Source of the DNA: Phoronis australis
Lineage: Eukaryota > Animalia > Phoronida
Length of the DNA stretch: 64,000 nt
Assembly: GCA_002633005.1 (NCBI GenBank)
Contig: NMRA01000405.1
Coordinates: 146,702 to 210,701, forward strand
Direction: 5' to 3'
Shown here: positions 25,501 to 38,900 of the stretch, one piece after another
Layout of the letters: every line of letters starts with the position of its first letter
How positions within the stretch are numbered: the first letter of the stretch is position 1
The notes under the pieces: generated by a model
Seen by the model: the letters and a program-made list of their open reading frames with translations, nothing else
Told to the model about the DNA's origin: nothing
Database searches by the model: none
Program-made: the position numbers and the translations under genes

Positions 25501-25848
25501 AGTCCAAATCAAAAGTTGTTTTTTATCGAATGTTCACTTTTATTATCTCTTTAAAGTTTAATACCACGCTTTTTATTTTGTAGCCAGCGTTCGTTTCACC
25601 TGGACAAATTCTCAGGAGCGAACCGTGTGAAAATAGCCAAATCTAAGAAATCATTTCATGTTCAACTTGAACCCTTCAACAGTACCAGAATGCATTTAAA
25701 TAGACTACTAGCAAAGCAGCAACCACACGTCACTGACTACTCAAAGTGCGTGACATGAACATGACATCAAATCTTTGTAATAGTCGTTAGGCGATTGGAT
25801 TGACCGACTGTGTTTGTCGATTTTGTTTTTTGCGTTAGTTGTGTGAAA

Positions 25849-26874
25849 ATGATTATAGTTTGTCAGCTGCTTGTATTACTGCTACCGGTAGGCACTTCTT
25901 CGCCTCTGGATTTATTATTCCCACAACCAGAGCCGGAATTCAGTTTGGTACAATTTGCATCAAGCGTGTACTCGAATGCTTTTGACGTAATTCGCGACTA
26001 CCTTTTCCCGAAGAAAACTTTCACGGAACGGCTGATGGAAGACCCACTTGGGGAAATGAGAAGAATTAAGGCAACCGTTACAGGATACACGTGGACCACG
26101 CTGATGGGCTGGTGGAAGACACAAGAGCCTGAATTTAGTGTGACACAGTTTGCATTAGACATGTATTTGGATGTTTATGACGTAATTCATGATAAATTCT
26201 ACCCAAAGAAAACTTTCATGGAGCGGTTGATGGAAGACCCCGTAGAGGAAATGAAACACATTCCAGGGGTCGTTGCTGAGTACACGTGGGCCGCGGTCTT
26301 TGGTGGATGGGAGAGGATTGGTGAGAGGCGTACGGCTAAATATGGAAGAATGGTAACGAATGAAGTTCAGGAACTTTATGGTCCAATCTATTTGACATTA
26401 ATTGTACTGAGTTTGTTAATTTTTGTTCTGGCTGTAAAGGAGGTGATTGATTTGCGCAACATGCCTACGACATTTTATAACCAGGAAATTCAAACGGATC
26501 CGTATTCGACGACGGCAGGTTGCCAGACTTCTGTAAAGTGGACAAGAGCAGAGTTGAGGAAGCACTACCCAATTGATGAGCTCAAAAGAGAATGCGTGTC
26601 CATTTATGAGGACTTCATGTCCCGGAAGCAAAATGTAGCAGATTTAGCCAATGAGAAGCTGTACTTAAAGTATCAGAATAAATTACTGGATGATAAGATA
26701 AGCAAGAAAATGGAAGAAAGAAGGAAACTGGAAGGAGCGATAGCCAAGTTGGAAGAAGAAGAGAAGAACAGGTTGAAGTACAAACCAGTGAAGCTTGCAT
26801 TTTCTAAGCAGGAAAAAGACATTTTACCTGCGATTCAAAAGGTGAAAAAACAGGGGCTTGTGTCCTGTATATGA
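25849..26874 (+). CDS. Intronless orphan protein, 341 aa: signal peptide, two ~65-aa repeats, one TM helix, cytoplasmic coiled coil
   Basis: Longest ORF in the window. ATG in AAAATG context; hydrophobic leader MIIVCQLLVLLLPVGTSS; internal duplication offset by 195 nt with many synonymous differences; TM PIYLTLIVLSLLIFVLAV; K/E-rich heptad region. TATA-like TTTAAATA at ~25695 and AATAAA at 26989-26994. Confidence 0.75.
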   Translation: MIIVCQLLVLLLPVGTSSPLDLLFPQPEPEFSLVQFASSVYSNAFDVIRDYLFPKKTFTERLMEDPLGEMRRIKATVTGYTWTTLMGWWKTQEPEFSVTQFALDMYLDVYDVIHDKFYPKKTFMERLMEDPVEEMKHIPGVVAEYTWAAVFGGWERIGERRTAKYGRMVTNEVQELYGPIYLTLIVLSLLIFVLAVKEVIDLRNMPTTFYNQEIQTDPYSTTAGCQTSVKWTRAELRKHYPIDELKRECVSIYEDFMSRKQNVADLANEKLYLKYQNKLLDDKISKKMEERRKLEGAIAKLEEEEKNRLKYKPVKLAFSKQEKDILPAIQKVKKQGLVSCI

Positions 26875-27895
26875 AATAACTCCAGGAATTTTGATGACAT
26901 TCTTGGAATAGATTTCTTTCCGTTAACCTTAATTGAGTGTTCGGGTCAATTGTATTATATTGTGCTGTATTTATTTGTTTATTTTGTTAATAAATTTGAA
27001 ATTAAATGCACTACCGTTGACAAAAGAGAGAAAAATATTCCAGATGATATATCGTTCCACAAATAATTAGGGTTGTGTGATAGAAATATTTTTGTTGTAA
27101 AATTTAACTGAGATAAAGTTTTTTTGCATGAATAATGCCAAAATAATAATTAAAAAAGAGAAGGAAAAAGAGCAAAATGGAAATCAAATAAGAGGAAATC
27201 CTCTTAAAAGACGAAAGTCAAGTTTAACACCAAAGAGCTTAATGAAGGTGTAAAATATAAACAAATCACATAAACAAGTCAATTTCGAGAATGAAAAAGT
27301 ATTTTACACTGATTGAACTACTGAGAAAACAGACAAGAATTTTACTGCACACAATATTTTATTAAGTGGGGACATTAATTGCAAGATACAATTTCACCAT
27401 TACCAACATTTTTGCACACAGCAAACTAGAGCATCCAACTGAGAAGGGACACAGGTAAAACTGAACCACTCTCACTAACTTAATTTTAAAATAATTAGGG
27501 ACATGATCGGTTTTGTTGCCGAAAAACTCAGAAAATGTGTTTTTCACCAATGTGGCTAGTGAACCAAGGGTTCTGCAATATGGAGAGCGTTCAGAGGAAA
27601 AAAGTTTCTTGCCAGAAAAGCACAATCTTGTAAAATCACGGGAGTGAAAGGGGAATGTTTTTGGCCCTCAATAGGATATCCTAGCAAAATTGCGGCCAAA
27701 TTTCGTTTCATTTAAACGTTCCGATCAAAATCTCAAAAACGCTGTTACAGTTTTCTAATATTTTGTTTCATGCAAATTTTGATTTTTTTCAAAGAAATCC
27801 TAAAAGTCTCATTCTTTGTGTAAAAGTAGAACATTTTAAAAACAATTCCTAAAACATTTTAAAGAGCAGTTGATAAAGCACAGTAGCCAAAAATT

Positions 27896-29466
27896 TCATA
27901 CAAATGTGATCAGCCACTTTTGGGATATGATCAGAAAAGTTTGCTCGAGTATGTGTCCGGTTTCAAAGAGAAACTGTATGCAGAATGCAAGGTTGCGAGA
28001 CAGTATTTGGTGGTGTCGCAGGGTAAGATGAAATCTTGGTATGATAAGGATGCCAGGGTACGAGAATTTGAGCCCGGTGATCAAGTGCTTGTGTTACTAC
28101 CTATTGTGGGCAACCCACTTCAAGCTAGAAATTCCAGACCTTACGTGATTCAGCGGAAAGTTTCCGATCTAGATTGTTCAAAACCCCAGATCGCAAGAAG
28201 AATTTACTCTGTGTCCTGAAAATATGTTGAAGTCGTATTTTGTTAGGAACGGTTCCGACAAATCTGTTTGATTTGTTCTGCTACCAGTAGTAGTCAGTTA
28301 GCTTCGAGTGAGTCCGCAGATGAACCCAGCATGTGTGCTGAGGATGGTATAGTTGATTGTAAACCTATCAAGTTATTGGTGGTTTATTCTTTTGTGGGGC
28401 ATATATTGACGATTTGATTGTTTACAGGAAAAGCTGGGATGAACATGCTACACATAATCGCGAGTTGTTAGTTAGGTAATCGGAAGCAAACTTAACTATT
28501 AATTTGGCTAAAAGTGAGTTCGGTTGGGCCACTGCTAGTTACTTGGGTCATGTGGTTGGATGTAGTCAAGTTAGGCCCATTCATGCTAAGGTCGATGCCA
28601 TATTGAGATATCTTGCACCAACTAATGGAACGAGTTTAATGAAATATTTGGGAATGATAGGATTCTACAGGAAGTTTTGCCCAAATTTTGCGTCGGTGGT
28701 TTGTCCTTTAACTGAGTTGTTAAAGAAAGATGTCGCTTTTTGTTGGTCAGATCGTTGTGAAAGTGCTTTCCAAAACAGTAAAGCCTTGCTTGTGGATAAG
28801 CAACACCTGGTTTTGAGAAGCCATTCAAGTTGATGGTTGATGCCAGCGATGTATGGGCTGGTTCCTGTTACAGCAGTTTCAAGATGGCGTTGAAAAACCT
28901 ATTGCTTACTTTTCAAAGAAGTTTGATAGTCACGGAATGAAATACTCAACTATTGAAAAGGAGTGCCAGGCCTTATGGATGTCGTTACAACCTTTTGAGG
29001 TTTATTTCTCACCAGTAATCTGGCCTATTAGTCTTATACTCTGATCACAATCCTTTGACCTTTGTGCACAAGATGAAGAATAAGAATCAGTGCTTGCTTA
29101 GATGGAGTTTGTTGCTACAAGGGTTCAATATTGTTATACATCATGTTAAGGGCTGTGACAATGTTTTGGCAAACGGTTTATCTAGGACGTTTTGATTGTG
29201 CTCAAGTATTGTTTTCTTTGTAAGAAAACTGCTGAGGGGGGAGGTTTTATTACTGCTGTGTTACTCTTATTGTTAAACACTATTTTACGCCAGACGCAAC
29301 TCACATTGCAAATTCGCAACAGCTGACTTGTTCTGAGGTCTCGTGAGCATTTTTCTGGTTTTGCTTTTGAGTTTGGAAGTTGTGCTATTGGAGTTCAGTC
29401 TAATAAACCATTTCTAAATCATTTTATATGAAGTTTTAACTGACTTTGACTAACAGGGCCGTAACA
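27896..29466 (+). mobile_element. Degenerate Gypsy LTR retrotransposon, Gmr1-like (integrase upstream of RT/RNase H), with PPT and 3' LTR
   Basis: Integrase C-terminus (SQGKMKSWYDKDARVREFEPGDQVLVLLP...PLQAR..PY; NMLKSY) at 27896-28240. Then an RT remnant (AYIDDLIV at ~28400; LAKSEFG..YLGHVVG; LGMIGFYRKFCPNFA) and RNase H (VDASD, PIAYFSKK, YSTIEKEC, DHNPL, HHVKGCDNVLANGLSR) to ~29194, with frameshifts and stops. Polypurine tract GAGGGGGGAGG at 29234-29244; LTR-like 29245-29466 with AATAAA (29402) ending TAACA. Confidence 0.85.
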
Positions 29467-29537
29467 ATAGCGATGATCGACATTAGGAACAGCAAAAGTT
29501 GAATATTTACACTTTTCATTTGGGAGTTTTATAGACT

Positions 29538-29543
29538 TTATTG
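29538..29543 (-). terminator. Candidate MARS1 polyadenylation signal (AATAAA on minus strand)
   Basis: TTTATT on + about 370 nt downstream of the MARS1 stop codon. Confidence 0.5.
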
Positions 29544-29912
29544 CTCAATGTGTGGGATAAACCAATTATTACATCCGGGCCAATTCCCATCAGGTGATAA
29601 TTCCGTAAAATCCCATTGGGTCTAGATACAGGAAACAACAGAGTTGCCAAAAGATCTATATTCATTCAAAAAAACCCAAGGACAGGGCAAACAATTCTGC
29701 CAACAAAAACCTGCATTTGGATTGATTTTCCACTGTCGCTCTGCAAAATGGGGTCAATCGTCCCAAGGATTACAAACAGATAACTATATGAGCGCAAGTT
29801 ATTTTTCCCAATGCATAATCTTCAATAAGTACTGCCACCAAAGTCAATAGTAACTTTGCTTAAAGAACTTATTCTTGGTGACTAATTTTCTCTCATTATT
29901 ATTCATTTCTGT

Positions 29913-32900
29913 TTATTTCTTCTTGCCCTTCTTCTTTGTCTCAGCTGGTTTCCCCTCAGCTATACAAAGCTGTTTTTTCAGGTCCAGCAACAACGCCACC
30001 TCCTGGTCAATTTTGGACTTATCTGCTTTCTCTGTTTTGAGCTGCCTTACAACATCACCCTAGAACACAAGTCACATGATCTATTCAAAGGCATGACACA
30101 AGAATACAAATCACGCAACAAATAATATGGTGGAGAATGTAGAATGGTCTCAAAAACACCAATGAAATCTTTTCATATTTTAGAGCAAAAATTCCTGTCA
30201 ATCTCAGATGATTTAGCGCTGTCCATGAAGCACTGTTCACTGATATTTTGTCAAATGGCCAGTGGAGGATGGGTGATGTATGATCCAACTAACCGGACGA
30301 CAAGAAGCCCTTGCCGCCCTCCCGATGTCTCTAGACATCACCTCATAGCCACCTGTTAGACTAAACATATGGGATCTCTACTCTCTGAACTTCAAGCCAT
30401 TCAGATGAGTTACGACACAACTTGTCAATGTTTTTGAAAACTTTAGTAAAAAAATCGGCAGTGAATCTCCTAGCAAAAGATAGACAGAAACGTGACAATA
30501 CAATGGATTGTGGGATATCGGTCATCCAAAGCAGAATGAAAACTGGCAATAAAAACAGAGACAACTGTCCTCCATATTTACATCCACAAGGGGGCCTGGA
30601 TGACTCAATCCACAAGTCGCAAACTGTAAAAATATCAATAGACCCAAGTTAGTGTACCATCTAAATTGGCCGTTTGGAAATATAGCAGGCACAGGTTTGG
30701 CAACAGATTTTTATTCATAACAACCGGGTTTCAGTAAAACGCAACTGTCTTGACAGCCGTGTCTCCAGTTCACATAAATATAAAGCACACTTCCACTAAA
30801 ATCTACCTGTCTGGCCACTTCTGCCGTCAGCTTGGCTACTTTCTCTGGATCAATCGGTCCAACAGAGGGAGTGCTGACTGGCGCTGGATTGGCTTTCTTC
30901 ACTTTCTGCAATTCATAAGCACCAAGTCACTTAACATTAATTTTTCATTACCCTTAAACAAAATCACAAATAACCTTAAAACAACAGTTTCTTCACAGAA
31001 TAATACTTGCAAAATTTAAAATTTCAGAGCCAGTTACCTCAATGCTGTCTATTGGCAGGGTCACTCAAAATCATTTTTCGCCAAAAGTACATACATCTCA
31101 CAGTGATGCATGCTTTAAAACATGCTATTTCTTTCCAAAATGCAACATGTAACTTTCAACTCTCAAATTTGGTGAAAATCTGATTTTAAGAAGAGACTCC
31201 TCAAGTGTGCATTCGATAACAGTCATCTTATGAGTTTGTCCATATTAAGTAGGCGCATTGAAAGATAATTCCATGAATTCATGGCAAAGCAACCAGCAAA
31301 TTAACACCAGAAAACAGGCATTTATATAAAGGGACTGAATAGCTACTAGGCGTCTGGTGCTAAATTATGTGCAAAGAAACGCAGTGCCGATCATTTCCAC
31401 TGCACAAGCTAAGATAGCTTGCCATCAGAGTCTGGTGGATTACTAGTATCAATAAATACACCCCAGGATCTTTTCAGTTTTCATCCAGAGGAACAAGATC
31501 TAACAAGACTCAGTGACACATATATGTCACCAATTGTTATTTTGAAGTTATACTGAGCGCTGTTTAGATAATATGGCTATTACCTTGGGGCATCCTGTTT
31601 CTCACAATATCGAGTGTCAAACGTTTTGACATAATTTTGAGATCCTGTCAAATAAGACAAGTTTACACTTCTTTCTATGTGTAGTTATACTGTGGTTGGG
31701 ATAGAGCTTAATAGTGTTATTTTAGGCTCAATAAGCCGCTTTATTTCTTATTTCATCTCAATTTCACCCTACAACCTGGCACTAAAGAAACAATCAATTT
31801 AAACCAAGTTGAGTGATTCTTTCTTATGCATAACTTTCACATTGCTATTTCCGAATGTCCATGCCACAAGGGGACACAACTCCTCACCTCAGCTTCAGAT
31901 CGTTCACTTTGAGTTCCTGCATACCGTTTCTTCATTTCATCAGCAAGAGACTGTTCGATCTTTTGGAACAGTGGTGAAGGCTACAAAAATAAGGCCAAGC
32001 TTGAAATCTTAAGATCACGAGACACAACCAAACAGAATTTGCATCAGAGTTTGACCACAACATTAACAGAAATAAAACGATAAAACTTTTCACAGTAACA
32101 TTCATATTTCGATATATACATATATACCCAGTCAAACATGTCCCTTTACTGAAGTCCAGTAATACAACTGGGCCCAGTTGCATAAAAGTTATACGCCGTA
32201 TAGCAACAATGACGTCACATTATCACGCGTCACATTGTTGTTGTTGAACAATGTACCTGACGTCATGCAACAATCTAACTTATCCAGCGGATAACTTTTG
32301 AAGCTTTATGCAACTCAGCCCTGATGGTTAACATTTGCGTATATCAAAATATGAATGTTCTGCGAAAAGTTTTGTTTTATTTATATTAGAATAATGCTCA
32401 GAGTCTGAAGCTGATATTATGCACAGGACAGAATATCTTAAACATCTAAATCTAAATAATAAATGCCATAGACAAAAGGAGTTTAGAAATTGAATCAACC
32501 CATCATGTAAAATTCAAAGAAAGGAAAAACAATTTTGGTCGAACTCTGTTAAATTAGTGAAAATGCTGTAATGGTAAATATCCAACAACATCTAGTATTG
32601 GAATAGAAGATAATCACTTACTTTGAGATGATTCAGGTTCGACACAGACGTTTCGGCCTGGTCCACCAGGCCTTTTTCGATGAGTGAGGAGTTTCCCGCC
32701 TTTCGCTGATTAAGTACGTTAGAAACATACACGGGAGGTAAGTGTAGACCTCGGTCCCGGCTCAAGAGAGGGCATTGCGCTCATCGAAAAAGGCCTGGCA
32801 GACCAGCCCGAAACGTCTGCATCGAACCTGAACCGTCTCTAAGTAAGTGATTATCTTCCAATGCCTCTAGAGACCAATGAGCAACTTACTCTCTACAATA

Positions 32901-35900
32901 TCTAGTAAACGTGAATTCAAACGCATCTACAAGCACCAACATTACTGCCAAGTCACAACTACTAATTTCATGTCCACCCGAAGCAGACGTATCACTGATC
33001 ACCTGACCAATCTTGTGTCCGGGAGTGAGGTGGCAGATGAACTGCTCCGACAGCACGTTACAGGCAGAAGGCGCTTTGAGCTGTGATTGTATCGTCTGAC
33101 TGACTGCGGGCATATATGGCTGCAGCAGCACGGACAGCAGACATGAGATGTTGGCTGACAAGCCGATAATGGCACCCGCATGCCGCCTGATGGCAGAACA
33201 AAAAATAGCACTATTCAACCGTGTTTCAAACCATTGACAGTACTGCAGCTCTTGATGCATCTTGACAGTATCCTACTACAGAATGGCACATTTTCTTTAG
33301 TAAAATATATCTTGTTTTGAAATAAAAACAATGTCATTTATTGATATTAAAACTAGAGCCGATCATAGCAGCAAACATGCTCATAAGATAGAGAAAGAGT
33401 TCTTATTTTGCATACAAGGGAGAAATGGGGAAAATGTTCCACGATTGGAAATTTCCCATTGCTATGAACAAAGCAATCATCATCAGTAATACTGACCACG
33501 AGGTGTTCTTTTTTCCATTGAACAAAACAGTCTACCCTTCCCTGAACACAGTCTAGCTAATATTCAACTTACAGCCTGTAAGCTTTAATGGGTATTCTTA
33601 GACCTTTGACTGACCACCAAAGAACAACAAAGATGAGCGTGTGAAGTTCAAACTACCAAGTAACGGCAGAGTACATACTATCTACATTAACTATAAGGCT
33701 GAGAACATCCTGTACTCTGTGCATATTCCGACCCATACGAACATGTGTGAAGCTTCACCTATATTATATAGAATTTGGCGCAAGTGCTTATATGCAATCT
33801 ACCGCAGCAAGATGTTTGTGTTTTTAACAAATGAAAATACCTGTTTCCAAGTGCTTCACACAAAGGGACTAAGCTTCCCATACATATGGAGGCAGATGTC
33901 ACTTGAATGTGCATATATATCTTAAATTGGACCTTTCTCATCTTTTGTACATTCTCCGCACTCATTCGCCACTCAAATGCTATTTTAGAAACTTATTTCT
34001 CTGGATTTAATGAAGCATTTTCCTTAGTTGGATAAATTTGGACATATTATGCATATCTTCAAAAATAAGCACATTGGATTTGCTACAGGACAACCTACCT
34101 CTGGTCGACGTCACCCTTCACTAGGACCCAGGGCTTTGTTGACTGCATGTATTGATTGCCCAGGCGAGAAATTGATAGAATATTACGAATGCCTTCTCTC
34201 AACCTGAAAACAGATAATTCCCTCTAGGTAAGATTACGCAGGACCCTAGAAATCTCATATCTCAGAAATGGCCAACAGGATTCGTATTAAACTGTCACAC
34301 ACTTTATGCAATGTATAAATTGTGTATAATAAAATGTTCCACATTTACCCAAGGGAAAATCGTAAATTAGTACTTTTATGATTTTTATTAAAAATAGAAA
34401 ATTGCATGAAACACAACACAATGATACTGTAGAAACCTGTGGTAGAATTTTTGAGACTTCACCTTACACAGTCAAATTACATGAAGTATGGCTATGTTAT
34501 TAACGCTGCTGTGTAGTCAGCCAGCTAGCTGTATGAAGACTACGTGTGTGTTGAGCTCAGTCAGACCTCGAAATTGCACACAGACAGGGTAGTTCTGCTC
34601 GTCACCTCGCCGAAAAACTTGTATCAGCATGTAGTAAGTGCATGTAAAATCTGGGAGTCATCGGCTGTTTAAGTGAAAAAACAATCTAATAAATGTCATT
34701 TTCTTGCACAATTCTCCACCTTTTGTAACGAAGAAAATTATGTCGTCGTTTTCAAAACAGTACGCTCGTGACACGCGCATGTGCCACTTGTTAAATTTTT
34801 ACGACATCTCTGGGGAGATGACAACAGCTTCGCAACAACAAAATTTGTTCTGAAATTTTGTTTGTTGGTATCAAAATTCAAAAAACTTATGACAAAGTGA
34901 AACCAGTTCTGATAATCTGTGTCTCATGGCGACACCTGTCATAAGTAAGTCCTCATTTGTATGTGTATTGTATTTCTCGGCAGGACAGACATTTTTTGAT
35001 AGGGAAGAAGAGGCTACACATCAGGTGCTAAGATTTTTGAAACGAAAAAGCAACAATTTTAGCAATTAAATTTGTCCAAAATTGAAGAATGTCAAGTGAC
35101 CAAGTGGCATTTTTCGCGTCAACAACCCAGATACTTACTTGGAATGTTCCAAATTCGCAATATAAGTGCTAACTTCTCTGTTCACCAATGCAATCAACTC
35201 TTTTTCTTCACTCCCAAGGGTCATTTCAGGCACAATGCCACCGAAGTTCTTTTCCAGGAACGTTAAAGCCCTGAAGCAAAGAAAATGCAGCTGGAATGTC
35301 AATCTGGAAAATTTTCTCTATGATACCAGACAATAACACGAATGATCATTGAATCATTCACACAAGCTACAGTGTCACTTCCACAAACCACAGAAAGATT
35401 TGCTCAACAACGGAATTACACGAAACAACCACATTTCATTGATGATGAATTATCAAACCAAACAAAAGTAGCTGGTCTGGCGTGAATGAGTTTTGATTCG
35501 CTGACACCATGTTGCAGACTGTACCATACATATAACTCAGACTTCTATGCTAATAACTCGGAAAATTAACAGTCACTTACAAGGATGTTGCATTTTGACA
35601 ACCAGTTTCAACCACTGAACAGCAGGCTTCAAACTGGTTGTAAAGATACAGGGCCCATGTAAGTGACTGTGGCTGATAATTCAATCCTCATACACAAGTC
35701 CAAATTATCAAGAGAATCACCTGCACAAAACTTGATAGCCTCATAAATTTGAGCTCCATAAAAGAAAACTTCCAAAAAGTGGCACAAAACACTAGTGTAA
35801 CATGTACAACCAAGGTGCCCGTTTTATTACAAGTCACCAATCTGGACGTAGTTAAGATGCTCATAACTTTGATTTGCGAACATTTCATTAAAATGTGACT

Positions 35901-38900
35901 TGTACAAGTCTGAATAGGAAAAAGTTATCATCCCATTGTGAAACAAAAAAAAATATTCAGGCTGAGAATTTGTCACTACAACAAGCAATAGCCACTTGTT
36001 GGAGGTACCAAAATTTTAGAATCAATTTATTTAACGCCAGTTATTCAGCGGAGAAAACTAGTTCTCAAAATGCAGGACCCCTGAAAATGCTTATTACCTA
36101 TAATAAATAAACACTACTACTATACACCACGGGCATATGTACATAAATCTTCGTTACCATTTAATAGGGAAAACACAATAATAAACACTTGAAGTCACAT
36201 ATCACACACACACACCTATTGATGAAGTTCCCCAAATTATTCAGCAGCTCGCTATTGTTCTTCAGAACAAAGTCATCCCAGCTGAACACAGAGTCTTGCG
36301 TCTCTGGACGAACAAAGAGAAGGTAGAAGCGCCAGATGTCTGCCGGGATCGCCGTATCCTTGGCGTTGTTACCGAACACTCCTACACCTCGACTCTTGGA
36401 GAACTTACCGTCTTCGTAGTTCAAGTACTCTGCGGCGATAAAATGGGCAGTTGAAACTGAATGCTTTCAATGCAACACCCGGTAGAGTGCAGAGTAGACA
36501 ATTTGATATAAAGAACTTTCAATAAAGCCCAACAAGAGTCATAAAAGAGACACTCTCATGAAACACAAAGCCACTGATACGTTGTACAGAGTAAACAGTA
36601 AAGCAAATGTTAAGTATTTTAATGAAATTGCCAGTTATGCTTTTGTTGCCGAATTTATTAAAGGACACAAAGGTTATACAGACCTCATGAAAAATTACAA
36701 ACATAACTTCAGTTGCAATGTTTTCGTCTTCTAAAAATGCATCATCACATCTACTTACGAGCGTCCTAGCTATGATTAGACTTACAACCTTGATACACCC
36801 GCCCCACTTTACCTGTAGCTACCAGGTGGTTGACTAAAGTGTAATTTTCTCCCGTGCCTAGAAGGGAACACGGGAAGACGACGCTGTGAAATGGTACGTT
36901 GTCTTTGGCCATGAAGTTGTACAACTCCACCTAGAAACAGAAGTATATTGATGTTGCAGGTGATCATGTGATGATCTATATATATCCTCGACTATATTTG
37001 AGAATAAATAAGCCCACAAGTGCAGTCAGCTCAGATGGTCGTTGAAAAACTGAGGAAAGTAAGCAATTACATGTACAACGTGTACCAGACCGACGGCAGT
37101 TATTTTTTAATATGTAATGGTTCTAGGGGATGTTTACGGATATCATCTGCATTCTAAAATGCACTACAAAATTGAGCGCACGCGATTGTTACAAAGAAAA
37201 ACATGGTGGTGATAATCCTGAATGGTTTGGCAACAGCAGAATAGCAACCTGTTGACAATGTAGTCGATATAATTTTTGAAAAATATCGGTTTTACAGGTC
37301 TATCTCTCGCATACACTTCCATGGGAAACACAAGTGAATTGGTTTGTTTACTCTACCTTGTTAACTATACAAGATGCTGGATGAAAACATGGTCTTGTGT
37401 ATTGGATAACGGAAGATGTAGAAGAACCAAATTTGACTTCACCGATGTTTGATAGTGCATTCTACATTAAATGTGAACACCTTTGCTAAACATTTCATGC
37501 CTTAGGTATTTAGCCACTCTAGTTTCTTGAAAAAAAAACTTTCAGTTCTCACCTGTTGGGGGTTCTTCCACCATCTCTCCCACTCAGGTGTGTAGTTGGC
37601 AGTGATGGACAGATAACCAATCGGTGCATCAAACCACACATAGAACACCTGCATAAACAATGTTAGGCAACTTGAATGTACCACAAACATGGCTGCGCCA
37701 CATCACTAACCAAGCTTTATTTTTTCCAAGTCATTAGGGAGGCCTTTGTATTCACTCAATCAGGCTATATATGTCACTGTTACTCTTTGACAGACAGAAG
37801 CTTTGTAAACAAAACAGCATCAGTAGAAGTCAGAAATTCATTTTTCATAGACGCGAAGCTGTAGTGAAAATAGATAAGAATTCAACGTCAAGTAAATGAG
37901 TTTCATAACACCGACAAAACTTATGTATTCTAAGACAAAGCTGAAAATTAACCACAAGGCAAAAGAAATTACTCACATATTCTTATCAAGCACTTGATCA
38001 TCGAGACAAGTCCCCCAACTTAGCTTTGAATAGTTATCCTTCTAGTAATCAGTCTAGCACCAACCCCAACCCCCATACTCCAGCAGCATACCCATTCAAA
38101 GGTACAGATGGGGGCTTCTTGATGTCAAATGCGAAGCATCTCAGTTCCAGATGGCCCCTCACCCTGCAGTACCCCTACCTTGTCGGTGTACCCCTCCAGG
38201 GGTACAGGCGTGCCCCACTTGAGGTCACGAGTGATACACCTGGGTTTTAGACCATCCCTCACCCATGACTTGGTGATCAGCTTGGCATTAGCCGTCCACA
38301 GACCCTCATCACAGGTGGTGTCCAAGAAATTGACCAGATCCCCCTCAATCTATAGACACGCAGAATGAGTTGAGAGCCACACAATCCAATCTCGAGATCA
38401 ATCTAAAAGCTTCCAAGTGAAGCATATTATTACAACAAGGTAAATTCCCTTCATTACATTCCAGTGACATAACGAGAGGACTACTCAATGAGCATGCCAG
38501 AAAACTGGCAACTGAACTTTTACCAAAGCATGGTGAACTCTGTAGAGGAGTTAGCACGCATGCAATTCTGTTTCAGTAAGAAAATAAACAGAAGTTACTA
38601 TTCTGAACTAATTCAAATCTTAAAATCAAGACTTGTTACTTTCAAGCTTAAAACGTTATATTTAACCTTTACAACAGTAAAAGGTTTTATATTTTTGTTT
38701 AATTCATCCAGGAACACAGCATAAGCGAAGAAGCTTTTTGGCAAAAACCTGAAGGGCCCCTTCACAACTCAGGTAACCTGTCTTGATCACGTACTTTTCC
38801 TTTGGTACTAGGTGAGTGTGTGTGGGGTATTGAGCCCAAGAGGGAAATTTATCAATACCGAGTGCACGGTGTAGTCCTAACTTTCCATTTGACACTTGCC

